Source: a bacterium
Lineage (GTDB): Bacteria > Patescibacteriota > Minisyncoccia > Phycocordibacterales > JBBTRF01
Direction: 5' to 3'
NCBI GenBank assembly: GCA_037130265.1
Contig: JBAXTI010000001.1
Location: forward strand, 98,092 to 162,091
DNA length: 64,000 nucleotides
The notes under the pieces were generated by a model, which saw nothing but the letters and a program-made list of their open reading frames with translations, had not been told where the DNA came from and did not search any database. This document shows, piece after piece, positions 44,531-54,464 of the stretch. The stretch's first letter is position 1. Every line of letters begins with the position of its first letter. Both the position numbers and the translations under genes were made by a program.

Positions 44531-44719
44531 AAGGTTTTGATTCGGTCCCTCGACCATCGTCAAATTGATTCGGTCCCTACAGGACCTGTACAGGCTTCGT
44601 ATTTTCTTAAAGCTCGCACGGCTCGCTTATCGAAAATATACTCAGCCTTTTCGAATCCCCCACGAAAAGTCCGAAGGGACTTTTCTCCCTTCCTTGTTCG
44701 TGAGCTCCGCTCACTTTCT

Positions 44720-44807
44720 GCGGAAGGGGGGGGATTCGAACCCCCGAGGGTTGTTTAGACCCTGCCTCTTTAGCAAAGAGGTACATTCGACCGCTCTGAC
44801 ACCCCTC
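44720..44807 (-). tRNA. tRNA-Ser, anticodon GCU
   Basis: GGAGGGG/CCCTTCC acceptor, D-loop GAGCGGTCGAA, anticodon loop TTGCTAA, long variable arm, T-arm GGGGG-TTCGAAT-CCCCC, discriminator G. Confidence 0.8.
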
Positions 44808-44878
44808 CGTGGACATTGGCGATGATAGCATATTTTCCTGCGTTTATGCCAGTCTTTGTCGGACTAGCAGGGGGTATT

Positions 44879-45622
44879 TTAATGAGCGAGGGCAATAGCG
44901 AGTACCTCGCTGGCGCCCGCTCGCCGCAGTGTCTCGCGGGCTTGCCCCAGGGTGCTCCCGGTAGTCATGACGTCATCGATGATGAATATCTTCCGGTCAC
45001 GCGTATTTTCGCATGCACCGCCAATGTTTGAAACCTCAAAACAATCGTTCAGATTTTTTAGCCGTTCCGCTCGTGAGAGTTTTGTTTGCGGTGTCGTGTG
45101 ATGTTTGCGACGCAGGAGGTCTGGCGCGACACACCACTCCTCATTTTTCGGCAATTGTTCGAGGATCAGTTCAATCTGATTGTATCCGCGCTCGCGCTGT
45201 CGCTTCTCGGAAAGGGGGATCGGTACAAGAAGGATGGGTGCTCTACCACCGTCACTCGTTGAGACATGTTTTTGTAGTTCCTCCGCCACCAACTCGGCAA
45301 AAAGCTTCGCCACCTTGGCATTCTTCCGATATTTCAGTTCCCACACCGCGGCACGGACATGACGGTCACGATAGGAGAGGATCGCACGTGACCAGTCGGC
45401 ACATTCTGGTGGGTAATGGCCACGGAAGCGACGGCTGTGGGGGCTGGATGTGGTGTCGCCGGATGAGATGCTGCCAGCAAAACACTCCGCCGACATCTGC
45501 TCGAGCTCCCGCACCAAGCCGCTTTTCGGAAACAGGAGGTTGAGAATAATATCCAGGGCGGTGTAGAGTGATGCGCGTAAGCTTGTGCGTAGGGTGCTGT
45601 GGAATTTCGCGAAACATTTCAT
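44879..45622 (-). CDS. comFC: ComF family protein (ComFC, phosphoribosyltransferase-like)
   Basis: N-terminal Cys/His zinc-finger region, C-terminal PRTase motif IFIIDDVMTTGSTL. Confidence 0.8.
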   Translation of the reverse strand: MKCFAKFHSTLRTSLRASLYTALDIILNLLFPKSGLVRELEQMSAECFAGSISSGDTTSSPHSRRFRGHYPPECADWSRAILSYRDRHVRAAVWELKYRKNAKVAKLFAELVAEELQKHVSTSDGGRAPILLVPIPLSEKRQRERGYNQIELILEQLPKNEEWCVAPDLLRRKHHTTPQTKLSRAERLKNLNDCFEVSNIGGACENTRDRKIFIIDDVMTTGSTLGQARETLRRAGASEVLAIALAH

Positions 45623-45645
45623 GCTATAATTTTACCACCTTCTCA

Positions 45646-46734
45646 ATGGACAATCCCTTCCGAAAACTTACCGGTCTCTTCAAAAAAGGGGAGTCGAGCG
45701 TCGTTGGCGTGGATATTGGTCCTTCGTCGATCAAGGTGGTGCAACTAAAAAAGCAGAATGGCAGGGCGGTGCTTGAAACATACGGTGCTTTGGCGCTCGG
45801 TCCGTACGCAGGTATCGAAGTGGGGCGTGCCACCCGTCTGCCACCGCAGAAGCTCGCCGAAGCTTTGCTTGATTTGCTTCGAGAGGCAAGTGTCACCACG
45901 AAGAATGCGGGCCTCTCAATCCCAATGTCTTCGAGTTTGGTGAATGTTATCCAAGTGCCGGAAGTGGACCAGAAGCAGCTTGTGCAGATGATTCCGATCG
46001 AAGCCCGAAAGTATATTCCAATCTCAATCAGTGAAGTGTCTCTCGACTGGTGGGTGATTCCAAAAGATGAGACACAGGAAAAAGATGGCAAGCTCGACGT
46101 GTTGCTTGTGGTGATCCACAACGACGCTCTTCAGCAAGCGAGAGATGTCATCAAGCTTTCGGCCCTCGACACCTCTTTCTTCGAGATTGAGATTTTCAGT
46201 ACAATCCGCGCTGTACTTGACCATGAAGCTGATCCGGCGATGATTATTGACCTCGGCGCCGGTTCAACCAAGCTCTACATTGTCGATCGCGGCATTCTCC
46301 GTGTTTCCCATATCGTGACTCGAGGTTCGCAGGATTTCACCCTCGCATTGTCGCAATCACTCGGCATCACTATCGAAGAAGCCGAAGTGATGAAGCGTGA
46401 GAAAGGACTGCTCGCCGGTGCGGAAAACAGTGAGCTCGCTGGTGTGATGACCTCGAGTATCAACATGATTTTCTCCGAGGCCAACCGCGTGCTCCTCAAT
46501 TATCAGAAGAAATTCCACAAAAATGTCGGCAAAGTGGTGCTCACTGGCGGTGGCTCGATGCTCAAGGGTTTTGCTGAGCTCGCCCAGAAGGAGCTTCAGA
46601 CCCCAGTGGTCTCCGCCGATCCATTTACCAAGATCCAGTCGCCAGCTTTTCTCGAAAAGGTGCTGAAAGACGCCGGTCCGGAGTTTGCGGTGGCTGTCGG
46701 AATCGCTTTGCGCAAGCTACAGGAGTTTGATTAG
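45646..46734 (+). CDS. pilM: Type IV pilus assembly protein PilM (actin-like ATPase fold)
   Basis: VGVDIGPSSIKVVQL..., GGGS motif LTGGGSMLKGF; first gene of the pil cluster; extended -10 tgctataat upstream. Confidence 0.85.
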   Translation: MDNPFRKLTGLFKKGESSVVGVDIGPSSIKVVQLKKQNGRAVLETYGALALGPYAGIEVGRATRLPPQKLAEALLDLLREASVTTKNAGLSIPMSSSLVNVIQVPEVDQKQLVQMIPIEARKYIPISISEVSLDWWVIPKDETQEKDGKLDVLLVVIHNDALQQARDVIKLSALDTSFFEIEIFSTIRAVLDHEADPAMIIDLGAGSTKLYIVDRGILRVSHIVTRGSQDFTLALSQSLGITIEEAEVMKREKGLLAGAENSELAGVMTSSINMIFSEANRVLLNYQKKFHKNVGKVVLTGGGSMLKGFAELAQKELQTPVVSADPFTKIQSPAFLEKVLKDAGPEFAVAVGIALRKLQEFD

Positions 46735-46802
46735 CCTCCCGCCCCTAGGATATACACAGTGTCCGGCAAGCGCTCCAGACTATTCCGTACTATAATAGAC
46801 GG

Positions 46803-47408
46803 ATGGATCCGAAGATGCAGTCCTCTTTCATCCCCAAGACGTCGATCTCTGCCGACCGAGGTGGACGTTCATCTAGTACGGTCAATCTTTTTTTTCTGAT
46901 TTCCGTCCTCATACTCATCGTCACCTTGGCAATTGCCGGCTTCTTTTTCTTCTATAATGCCAATCAGCAGAAGCAGATCGACACTATCACCGCCAGCTTG
47001 ATTGCCTCTGAAAAGAAAGACTATTCTGAGCCAATTGTCGATGCTTGGACCGCCCTCGACAAACGCACTCGTGCTGCCAATGAAATGTTGCAGCGCCATT
47101 ACGCTGTTTCGAGCCTATTCAAGCTTTTGCAGGATTTGACAGTGAAGAATATCCGCTTCACCCGCTTTGACTTCACACTCAAGGACGACGCAGCTGAGAA
47201 AACTTCCATCAGCTTGGCACTTTCTGGAGAAGGGCGTAGCTACAATGCCGTCTCGTACCAGTCTGACGTAATGAAGTCTTCCGAGAGTTTGGATGATGCA
47301 CTGTTTTCCGATATCCGCTTGGATGAGAAAGGAAACATTCTCTTCTCGATGAAGGCTTCGGTCGATCCGGATCTCACTTCTTATAAGAAATTGTTCATCG
47401 CACAATAA
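46803..47408 (+). CDS. pilN: PilN-like bitopic pilus assembly protein
   Basis: Short cytoplasmic N-terminus, single TM, periplasmic domain; position after pilM. Confidence 0.6.
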   Translation: MDPKMQSSFIPKTSISADRGGRSSSTVNLFFLISVLILIVTLAIAGFFFFYNANQQKQIDTITASLIASEKKDYSEPIVDAWTALDKRTRAANEMLQRHYAVSSLFKLLQDLTVKNIRFTRFDFTLKDDAAEKTSISLALSGEGRSYNAVSYQSDVMKSSESLDDALFSDIRLDEKGNILFSMKASVDPDLTSYKKLFIAQ

Positions 47409-47412
47409 CACT

Positions 47413-48195
47413 ATGTCCCCGAACATCACCGCCCTTGTCTTGTTGATCGCCTCTGCTGGGGTAGCCTTTGGCTTGGTCAGTCCACAATATGCAAAATATC
47501 AGGTGCTTTCGGAGAGCAAGGTGCAATATCAGACGGCGGCCGACCAGGCAAAGAAAGTGCGCGAGGTACGCGAAAAGCTCATCTCTAGTGCAGCCAATAT
47601 CTCCAACCTGGAGAAGGACCGTCTGGCCCGCATGTTGCCCGACACTGTGGATACGGTGCGTCTGACCATAGACATCACAGGTATTGCTTCGAAGTATGGC
47701 ATTTTGATCAAGAAAATCGATGTGAAGCCAGATGAGAAAAATGCAAACTCGGCTATGCTCGTAGCGTCGCCATTCGCTACCGCTCAAAAAGCGCAGAGTT
47801 TCAATGCACTGCCAATCTCTTTCACACTCAACACAAGCTACGAAAATTTCAATAGTTTTTTATCTGACCTGGAAAAGAGTCTGCGCATGATCGATGTCGT
47901 GTCTATCTCGGTCGTGCCAAACCAGGTCGGTCAATATGATTTCTCGGTGGCCGCACGTACCTATTCATTCGTATCCGGCACGGCGCCGATGGTATCTTCT
48001 AAGACATCTCCGGTTTCTGCCGCGGCCGATGATCCAAAGGTGAAGGTGTTGCTAATGCTCGAGCGCCTTTCTTCTTTGAAGCTCGATCGCGGATTCTTCG
48101 ATAGTCAGCTTTTCAAAAATCTCCGTGACTTTGGAGTCGAAGTGGTGGCGGAGCCAAAAGGTCGACCGAACCCATTCGCGCCGATCGGTCAATAG
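47413..48195 (+). CDS. pilO: PilO-like bitopic pilus assembly protein
   Basis: Single N-terminal TM plus coiled coil; position between pilN and pilB. Confidence 0.55.
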   Translation: MSPNITALVLLIASAGVAFGLVSPQYAKYQVLSESKVQYQTAADQAKKVREVREKLISSAANISNLEKDRLARMLPDTVDTVRLTIDITGIASKYGILIKKIDVKPDEKNANSAMLVASPFATAQKAQSFNALPISFTLNTSYENFNSFLSDLEKSLRMIDVVSISVVPNQVGQYDFSVAARTYSFVSGTAPMVSSKTSPVSAAADDPKVKVLLMLERLSSLKLDRGFFDSQLFKNLRDFGVEVVAEPKGRPNPFAPIGQ

Positions 48196-48198
48196 CCT

Positions 48199-49926
48199 AT
48201 GGATATTATCGACCTCTTGGTACAAAGAAAAGTCGTACATCCTGACGATGCTCAGGCTATTCGTGGCGAAGTGAAGAAGGGCGGAAATATCAACGACGTG
48301 CTACGTCGCCGCGGTATCGACCCGGAAGAGATCATGAAGAGCAAGTCGGAATATTTCAATGTGCCGACAAAGACACTTGGGAAAAACAAGGTGCCATTTG
48401 AGGTTCTGAAGTACATTCCGGAAGAGTCCGCTATCTACTACCAATTTGCACCTGTCGGTCTCACTGATGGCGTACTCGAAGTTGGTATGTTGAACCCGGA
48501 CAACATCGAAGCGCGCGACGCCCTCAACTTTATTTCTACGAAGGCGAACCTTCCGTACAAAATCTTTCTCGTATCCCAAGAGGATTTTGACGCGGTATTG
48601 CAAGCGTATAAAGGCATCGGTGGCGAAGTCGGTAAGGCGCTCACCGAACTTGGTACCGAAGATCACGGCCCGGCAAGTAGTGTGAATTTGAATGGCGAAG
48701 AGGGCGCGCTCGGTGAGAGCGCTTTCGACGGTGACGCTCATATCAAAGAAGATGCACCAGTGACGAAGATTGTCACCACGATTTTGCATTACGCGACCGA
48801 AGGGAATGCTTCCGATATTCACATTGAGGCGATGGAAGACACCGTCCGCGTGCGTTTTCGTGTCGACGGTTCGCTTGTAACGAGTCTCACTTTGCCTGGC
48901 AAGGTGCATTCGGCACTCGTGGCCCGCATCAAAATCCTCTGTAACATGAAGATTGACGAGAAGCGTAAGCCACAGGACGGTCGTTTTAGCCAAATGATCG
49001 ACGGCAAGAAGATCGACTACCGTGTCTCTACTTTCCCTGCATACTATGGCGAAAAGGTGGTGATGCGAATCCTCGACTCTGCCAAGGGTGTCCGACCGCT
49101 CGACCAGATGGGTCTCAGCGAACGCAATCTCAAGACGATTCGCGAGGCGATCGAGCGTCCATACGGACTCATTCTCATCTCTGGTCCGACTGGTTCCGGA
49201 AAATCCACCACTTTGTATTCGATGCTGAACTCGCTCGACAAGGAGACGCGCAATGTGCTTTCGCTCGAAGATCCAGTGGAGTACAACATTCCTGGCATGA
49301 GCCAGTCACAGGTGCGTCCAGAGATTGGTTACACCTTTGCTACTGGTCTGCGTACGACACTTCGACAAGACCCCGACATTATTATGGTGGGAGAAATTCG
49401 AGACAAAGAGACGGCGCAATTGGCGGTGCAGGCGGCACTCACCGGACATCTCGTGCTTTCGACCATTCACACCAACAATGCTGCCGGTGTGATCCCGCGT
49501 CTCATCGACATGGGTGTCGATCCATTCCTCATTGGCCCAACACTCATTTGTGCCATTGCTCAGCGTCTTGTCCGTACGCTCTGTGAAAACGGTGGCAAAG
49601 AAGTGTCAGTGGAGGGTCACATCAAGGACCTCATCGAAAGTGAATTCAAGGATTTGCCGGCAGAATTCCAGAAAGAGATTCCGAAAGGGAAGACGGTATA
49701 CGAAGCGATGGTCACCGATGATTGTCCGAAGGGTACTACCGGTCGCGCCGCAGTGATGGAGGTGCTTGTTATCGACAAAGACATCGAAAAAGTTATCCTG
49801 AACGGTCCGACCGAACCAGCCTTAATGAAGGTGGCTCGAGCAAGGGGGATGCTCACGATGAAAGAGGATGCTATTATAAAGGCATTCGAGCGAAAGATTC
49901 CATTTGAAGAGGTGACGAGTTTGTAA
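48199..49926 (+). CDS. pilB: Type IV pilus assembly ATPase PilB (GspE family)
   Basis: N-terminal GSPII domain, Walker A GPTGSGKSTT, Asp/His boxes, tetracysteine-less variant. Confidence 0.9.
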   Translation: MDIIDLLVQRKVVHPDDAQAIRGEVKKGGNINDVLRRRGIDPEEIMKSKSEYFNVPTKTLGKNKVPFEVLKYIPEESAIYYQFAPVGLTDGVLEVGMLNPDNIEARDALNFISTKANLPYKIFLVSQEDFDAVLQAYKGIGGEVGKALTELGTEDHGPASSVNLNGEEGALGESAFDGDAHIKEDAPVTKIVTTILHYATEGNASDIHIEAMEDTVRVRFRVDGSLVTSLTLPGKVHSALVARIKILCNMKIDEKRKPQDGRFSQMIDGKKIDYRVSTFPAYYGEKVVMRILDSAKGVRPLDQMGLSERNLKTIREAIERPYGLILISGPTGSGKSTTLYSMLNSLDKETRNVLSLEDPVEYNIPGMSQSQVRPEIGYTFATGLRTTLRQDPDIIMVGEIRDKETAQLAVQAALTGHLVLSTIHTNNAAGVIPRLIDMGVDPFLIGPTLICAIAQRLVRTLCENGGKEVSVEGHIKDLIESEFKDLPAEFQKEIPKGKTVYEAMVTDDCPKGTTGRAAVMEVLVIDKDIEKVILNGPTEPALMKVARARGMLTMKEDAIIKAFERKIPFEEVTSL

Positions 49927-49959
49927 TAACAATGATGACACTTTTTAAATAACACCCAC

Positions 49960-50355
49960 ATGGAAAACAGTAACAAAAAGAAAATACTCATCGTGGACGA
50001 CGACAAGTTCCTCGTGAACATGTACTCGATCAAATTCAAGGCGGCCGGCTTCGATGTGTATTCGGCGTTTGACGGTCAGGAGACACTCGCCAAGCTCAAG
50101 GATGGTCTTGTGCCTGATGTGGTGATGCTCGACATGATCATGCCGGCGATGGACGGCGTGGAGATCCTTGCGCGCATTCGAAAAGAGAATCTCGTGCCGA
50201 AGGCCAAGGTGGTCATTTTGTCGAACCAAAACCAGCCTTCGGATATCGAGCGAGCGAAGGCGTTGGGCATCAGTGGGTACATTGTGAAGGCGACGACGAT
50301 TCCATCGGAAGTGGTCGCGGAAGTCGAACTCATCTTAAAGGAAGACTTGCAATAA
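49960..50355 (+). CDS. Single-domain response regulator (CheY-like receiver)
   Basis: ILIVDDD...D(54-like)MIMPAMDG...K; 131 aa with no output domain. Confidence 0.8.
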   Translation: MENSNKKKILIVDDDKFLVNMYSIKFKAAGFDVYSAFDGQETLAKLKDGLVPDVVMLDMIMPAMDGVEILARIRKENLVPKAKVVILSNQNQPSDIERAKALGISGYIVKATTIPSEVVAEVELILKEDLQ

Positions 50356-50356
50356 G

Positions 50357-51424
50357 ATGCAAAACCAATACCAAGCACAACTCGAGTCGCTTCTCGCTAC
50401 GGTCCTCGCCGAGGGGGCTTCCGACCTGCATCTTTCCGAAGGGCGAACACCGGTGATTCGTATTGCGGGGCAACTTTTGCCGATGGTGAAGGCCGAGTCG
50501 CTCACCGCGGAGGTGCTCAGCGGTTTTGCTTCGGTATTTATGACCCCAGAACGCAAGCATCTTTTCATGACAAATCATGAAGCCGACTTCGCATACGACT
50601 TTCAAAGCAAGTCCCGCTTTCGTGTGAATGGGTTTTTTCAGCAAGGGAAGATGGGGTTCGCATTGCGCTTGATCCCAAACCAAATCCGCTCTATAGAAGA
50701 GCTTGGTTTGCCGCCAATTTTGAATACATTTACCGAAAAGCCACAAGGGTTCTTCTTGGTGGTGGGTCCGGTTGGGCAAGGCAAGTCTACGACATTGGCG
50801 GGAATGATCGAATACATCAATCGCCAGCGCGCCGCGCACATTCTCACGATTGAGGACCCGATCGAATATATCTATGAAGCGAAGCGTTCGATTGTCAATC
50901 AGCGTGAGGTTGGTGTCGACACGAAGAGTTTCTCTGGCGCATTAGCAGCGATGTTCCGCGAAGATATCAATGTTGCCCTGGTGGGGGAAATGCGTGATGC
51001 CGAAACGATTTCCACCGCGGTGACTGCGGCGGAGACCGGTCACCTGGTGCTCTCGACTTTGCATACCAACAATGCAGCGCAAACAATCAATCGTATTATC
51101 GATAGTTTCCCAGCGAGCCAGCAGGATCAGATTCGTTCCCAGCTCGCCGCCAGCCTTACTGGTATTTTCTCGCAGCGCCTGATTCCTCGTGTGTCTGGCG
51201 GCTTGGTGCCGGCATATGAATTGCTCATCAACAATACCGCTGTCGGCAATCTCATTCGTGAGAAGCGTGTGCATGAGATCAACACCGTACTCGAGACCAG
51301 CTCCGAGCAGGGGATGATCAGCATGGATCGTTGTCTTGCTGAGCTTGTACGAGCAGGGGAGATTACCGTGGAGAACGCATATTTGCACTCGACGAACACG
51401 AAGATTCTGGAGCGATTGCTCTAG
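50357..51424 (+). CDS. pilT: Twitching motility ATPase PilT
   Basis: GPVGQGKSTT Walker A, AHILTIEDPIEY, GHLVLSTLHTNNA. Confidence 0.9.
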   Translation: MQNQYQAQLESLLATVLAEGASDLHLSEGRTPVIRIAGQLLPMVKAESLTAEVLSGFASVFMTPERKHLFMTNHEADFAYDFQSKSRFRVNGFFQQGKMGFALRLIPNQIRSIEELGLPPILNTFTEKPQGFFLVVGPVGQGKSTTLAGMIEYINRQRAAHILTIEDPIEYIYEAKRSIVNQREVGVDTKSFSGALAAMFREDINVALVGEMRDAETISTAVTAAETGHLVLSTLHTNNAAQTINRIIDSFPASQQDQIRSQLAASLTGIFSQRLIPRVSGGLVPAYELLINNTAVGNLIREKRVHEINTVLETSSEQGMISMDRCLAELVRAGEITVENAYLHSTNTKILERLL

Positions 51425-51456
51425 AAAGCCTCGCGTGAAAGCGCCAACATATTCAC

Positions 51457-52659
51457 ATGATATTCAATTACACCACAATCGACGCAGCGGGAACCAAGTC
51501 TCAGGGCACCATTGATGCCGTGAGTGTCGATGTGGCCATCAGCTCGCTGCAACGCCGTGGACTCACGATCGTCACGATCAAGGCTGAGCAGAAAGAGTCG
51601 GCACTCGACAAATTGACCTTCTTTGGCCACGTCACCAACAAAGATGTGGTGATTTTGTCTCGTCAGATGTCGACACTTTTTTCTGCGCAGATCTCCGCGC
51701 TCCGCGTCTTTCGTCTCCTCGGTTCCGAGACCGAAAAGCCGCAGCTTCGGGTAGTGCTCAATACTGTGGCCGATGACCTCCAGGGGGGTGCCCAGATTTC
51801 CAAGGCGCTGTCGAAGCATCCAGAGGTGTTTTCAGATTTTTATGTCAACATGGTGCGCTCCGGCGAAGAGTCCGGCAAGCTCGACCAGATTTTGCTCTAT
51901 CTCGCCGACTACCTCGATCGATCGTTTGAGGTTACTTCGAAGGCGAAGAACGCTCTTATCTATCCGGCCTTCGTGATCGCGACCTTCACTGTGGTGATGG
52001 TGTTGATGCTTACGATGGTGATCCCAAATATTAGCTCGATTTTGAAGGATTCTGGCCAGGAGGTGCCGATTTACACCAAAATTGTGTTGGGCATCAGCGA
52101 TATCGCGGTGCATTACGGTATCTACGCACTCATCATCCTTGTTGTTGGCGGGTTCTTCTTCTATCGCTTTGCTCGTACCGTCGATGGCGGCATGGCACTC
52201 AATCGTTTACAAATCTCGTTGCCGTATATCGGCACACTCTACAAAAAGCTGTATTTGTCGCGAATTTCCGACAACATGAACACGATGCTTCTGTCGGCGA
52301 TCCCGATCGTGAAGGCGTTGGAAGTGACCGGTGCGGTGGTGGGAAGTGCGGTGTACCAGGCGGTCCTCGGCAAGATCCTCGAAGAAGTGAAGACCGGCAG
52401 CTCCTTGGCTGAAGCGTTTGGCCGCTATCCGGAGATTCCGACTATTATGGTGCAAATGGTGAAGGTGGGCGAGGAGACAGGCGAATTGGGCAATATTCTC
52501 CAGAATCTCTCGAAGTTCTACACTCGCGAGGTCACCAACGCCGTGGATACCTTGGTGGGATTGATCGAGCCAGCGATGATCGTGTCGCTTGGTATTGGTG
52601 TGGCCGTGTTGCTCGCTTCGGTGCTGATTCCGATCTACAACATCTCGGCGGGGGCTTAA
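51457..52659 (+). CDS. pilC: Type IV pilus platform protein PilC (GspF family)
   Basis: Duplicated GspF domains, 3 TM, about 400 aa. Confidence 0.88.
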   Translation: MIFNYTTIDAAGTKSQGTIDAVSVDVAISSLQRRGLTIVTIKAEQKESALDKLTFFGHVTNKDVVILSRQMSTLFSAQISALRVFRLLGSETEKPQLRVVLNTVADDLQGGAQISKALSKHPEVFSDFYVNMVRSGEESGKLDQILLYLADYLDRSFEVTSKAKNALIYPAFVIATFTVVMVLMLTMVIPNISSILKDSGQEVPIYTKIVLGISDIAVHYGIYALIILVVGGFFFYRFARTVDGGMALNRLQISLPYIGTLYKKLYLSRISDNMNTMLLSAIPIVKALEVTGAVVGSAVYQAVLGKILEEVKTGSSLAEAFGRYPEIPTIMVQMVKVGEETGELGNILQNLSKFYTREVTNAVDTLVGLIEPAMIVSLGIGVAVLLASVLIPIYNISAGA

Positions 52660-52674
52660 GGAAATGAAAGGGAA

Positions 52675-52703
52675 GGCCCGCGCCGTACGGCGCGGGCCTT
52701 TTG
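52675..52703 (+). terminator. Rho-independent terminator after pilC
   Basis: ggcccgcgcc-gtac-ggcgcgggcc plus tttt. Confidence 0.75.
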
Positions 52704-52855
52704 TTATCCACACCCCCATTTCCACGGCCAATCAACGGGAGTATAATAAAGGGCAAGGTTTGTATACGACCTTCAGCAACGAAGGCGGTCGAGGGGAAAA
52801 CCGGAAATATTCATTCAATTACATTATTACAAATTAGAAATTAATCGATTTATAT

Positions 52856-53353
52856 ATGAAGAATTCACGAGGTTTTACACTCATCGAATTGTTGGTGGTC
52901 ATCGCAATCATCGGTATCTTGTCTTCAGTCGTATTGGCGAGCTTGAGCTCTGCTCGAAATAAGGGCAAGGACGCAGCAGTAAAGAGCGGTCTTTCAAGTC
53001 TCCGAACTCAGATGGAGATTGACTCAAATGGTGCCAATTATGGTGCAGCTGCTACTTACGCAACTGCAGCTGGTACAAATGCTGCTTGTGCTGTTGGTAA
53101 CTTTAATGCGTCTACTATCACACCGATCAAGACTAATTTGACTGGTAATCTCGCAGTTTCAACCAACATCGTTTGTTCAGTTGATGTTGCACATGCAACG
53201 AACCCAGCTACCAAGTGGGCGATTGCAGCCATCCTTCCTAGTGGTGCAGGTCTTCAGTGTATTGACAGCAGCGGAAATGCTCAGAATTATCCAGCCGTAA
53301 CTACAGTTGGTAGTATTACAACCGCACAGGTAAACAACGGTTCTTGTATCTAA
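52856..53353 (+). CDS. pilA: Type IV pilin, probable major pilin
   Basis: Prepilin leader MKNSRG|FTLIELLVVIAIIGIL; own tataat promoter (about 52741) with about 110-nt leader and a strong terminator downstream. Confidence 0.85.
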   Translation: MKNSRGFTLIELLVVIAIIGILSSVVLASLSSARNKGKDAAVKSGLSSLRTQMEIDSNGANYGAAATYATAAGTNAACAVGNFNASTITPIKTNLTGNLAVSTNIVCSVDVAHATNPATKWAIAAILPSGAGLQCIDSSGNAQNYPAVTTVGSITTAQVNNGSCI

Positions 53354-53364
53354 GCAGTAATTCC

Positions 53365-53420
53365 TAGTCGACCAAACAAAAAACCCACTACCATAGTGGG
53401 TTTTTTGTTTGGTCGACTAG
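53365..53420 (+). terminator. Strong nested-hairpin terminator after pilA
   Basis: ctagtcgaccaaacaaaaaa-cccacta-cca-tagtggg-ttttttgtttggtcgactag. Confidence 0.8.
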
Positions 53421-53474
53421 TCTTTTGGGGGTATAATGAAAAAACATTATAGGCATAAGGATTTATATGTAATT

Positions 53475-53972
53475 ATGAAAAATGAATCTACACAGAATGG
53501 TTTCACTCTTATCGAGCTTCTTGTTGTAATTGGTATTGTCGGTGTTCTTGCCACTGTCATGCTTGCGGTGTTGGGTACAACTAGAAAACAATCTATCGAC
53601 ACTGCGATCAAGCAAACTTTGTCAGGTACAAAGAACCAGGCGGAGCTTTATTACTACAATAACGCCAATAGTTATAGTAATGTTTGTGCGTCGGGAGCAG
53701 TTTCTCTAATTGGGGCTACCAGATCTATTTATCTTCAAGTTGCAGACGCAGCAAAAAAAGCAGGTATTGCGATTGCGTCGGTAAAGGTAAATCCTGTTGG
53801 TGGCGGCGCCTATAATCAGGTCACTTGCAATGATTCTTCTGCAGCGTGGGCTGCAGAAGTGCCACTGAGCACTAGTAAGTCAGGGGCTCCGGTGATGCTC
53901 TGTGTTGATAGTGCGGGTAAATTGAAACAGGAGAGTGTGGTTCTTGGAGTAGGTGCAGTTATTTGTCAATAA
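53475..53972 (+). CDS. Type IV pilin-like protein
   Basis: MKNESTQNG|FTLIELLVVIGIVGVL prepilin N-terminus. Confidence 0.8.
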   Translation: MKNESTQNGFTLIELLVVIGIVGVLATVMLAVLGTTRKQSIDTAIKQTLSGTKNQAELYYYNNANSYSNVCASGAVSLIGATRSIYLQVADAAKKAGIAIASVKVNPVGGGAYNQVTCNDSSAAWAAEVPLSTSKSGAPVMLCVDSAGKLKQESVVLGVGAVICQ

Positions 53973-53979
53973 AACCAAT

Positions 53980-54462
53980 ATGAAAAAAAATATACAACAT
54001 AATCAGTTAAAAGGCTTTACCCTCGTCGAACTCCTTGTTGTCATTGCGATTATCGGTATTCTTTCTTCGGTGGTTCTCACCAGTCTGAACAGTGCCCGTG
54101 CCAAAGCGCGCGATGCTCGACGTATCGCCGAGGTGGCAGAAATGGTGAAGGCGATCCAGGTTATTGATATTGACCCGGCTCCAGTACTGGCGGGCTGTGT
54201 AGGGGCGCATGCCGATGCTTCGACCTGTACCACACCAAACTTCTCCTTGTATCATGATGTATCTGGCGCGACCGTTGCGTGTACCGGCGCAAGCACTGCG
54301 AGCTGCCAGTATTCGATCTCAAAGGAGGATGGCACTGCTGGCGCGACGGCACAAAACTTTCAGGTATGCAGCTATTTGGAAAAAGGCGCAGGAACATTGG
54401 CTGCAGGTTCTTTCAGTGCTCGAAGCAACACTGGTGGCGGTGTCGTAGAGGGCTGCAACTAA
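53980..54462 (+). CDS. Type IV pilin-like protein
   Basis: MKKNIQHNQLKG|FTLVELLVVIAIIGIL. Confidence 0.8.
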   Translation: MKKNIQHNQLKGFTLVELLVVIAIIGILSSVVLTSLNSARAKARDARRIAEVAEMVKAIQVIDIDPAPVLAGCVGAHADASTCTTPNFSLYHDVSGATVACTGASTASCQYSISKEDGTAGATAQNFQVCSYLEKGAGTLAAGSFSARSNTGGGVVEGCN

Positions 54463-54464
54463 TC

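Noticed and set aside
44536-44700. Possible third tRNA in the spacer (TTCGAATCC-like motif at about 44655)
   Set aside because: No acceptor/T-stem complementarity could be built around it; treated as a remnant, not a gene.
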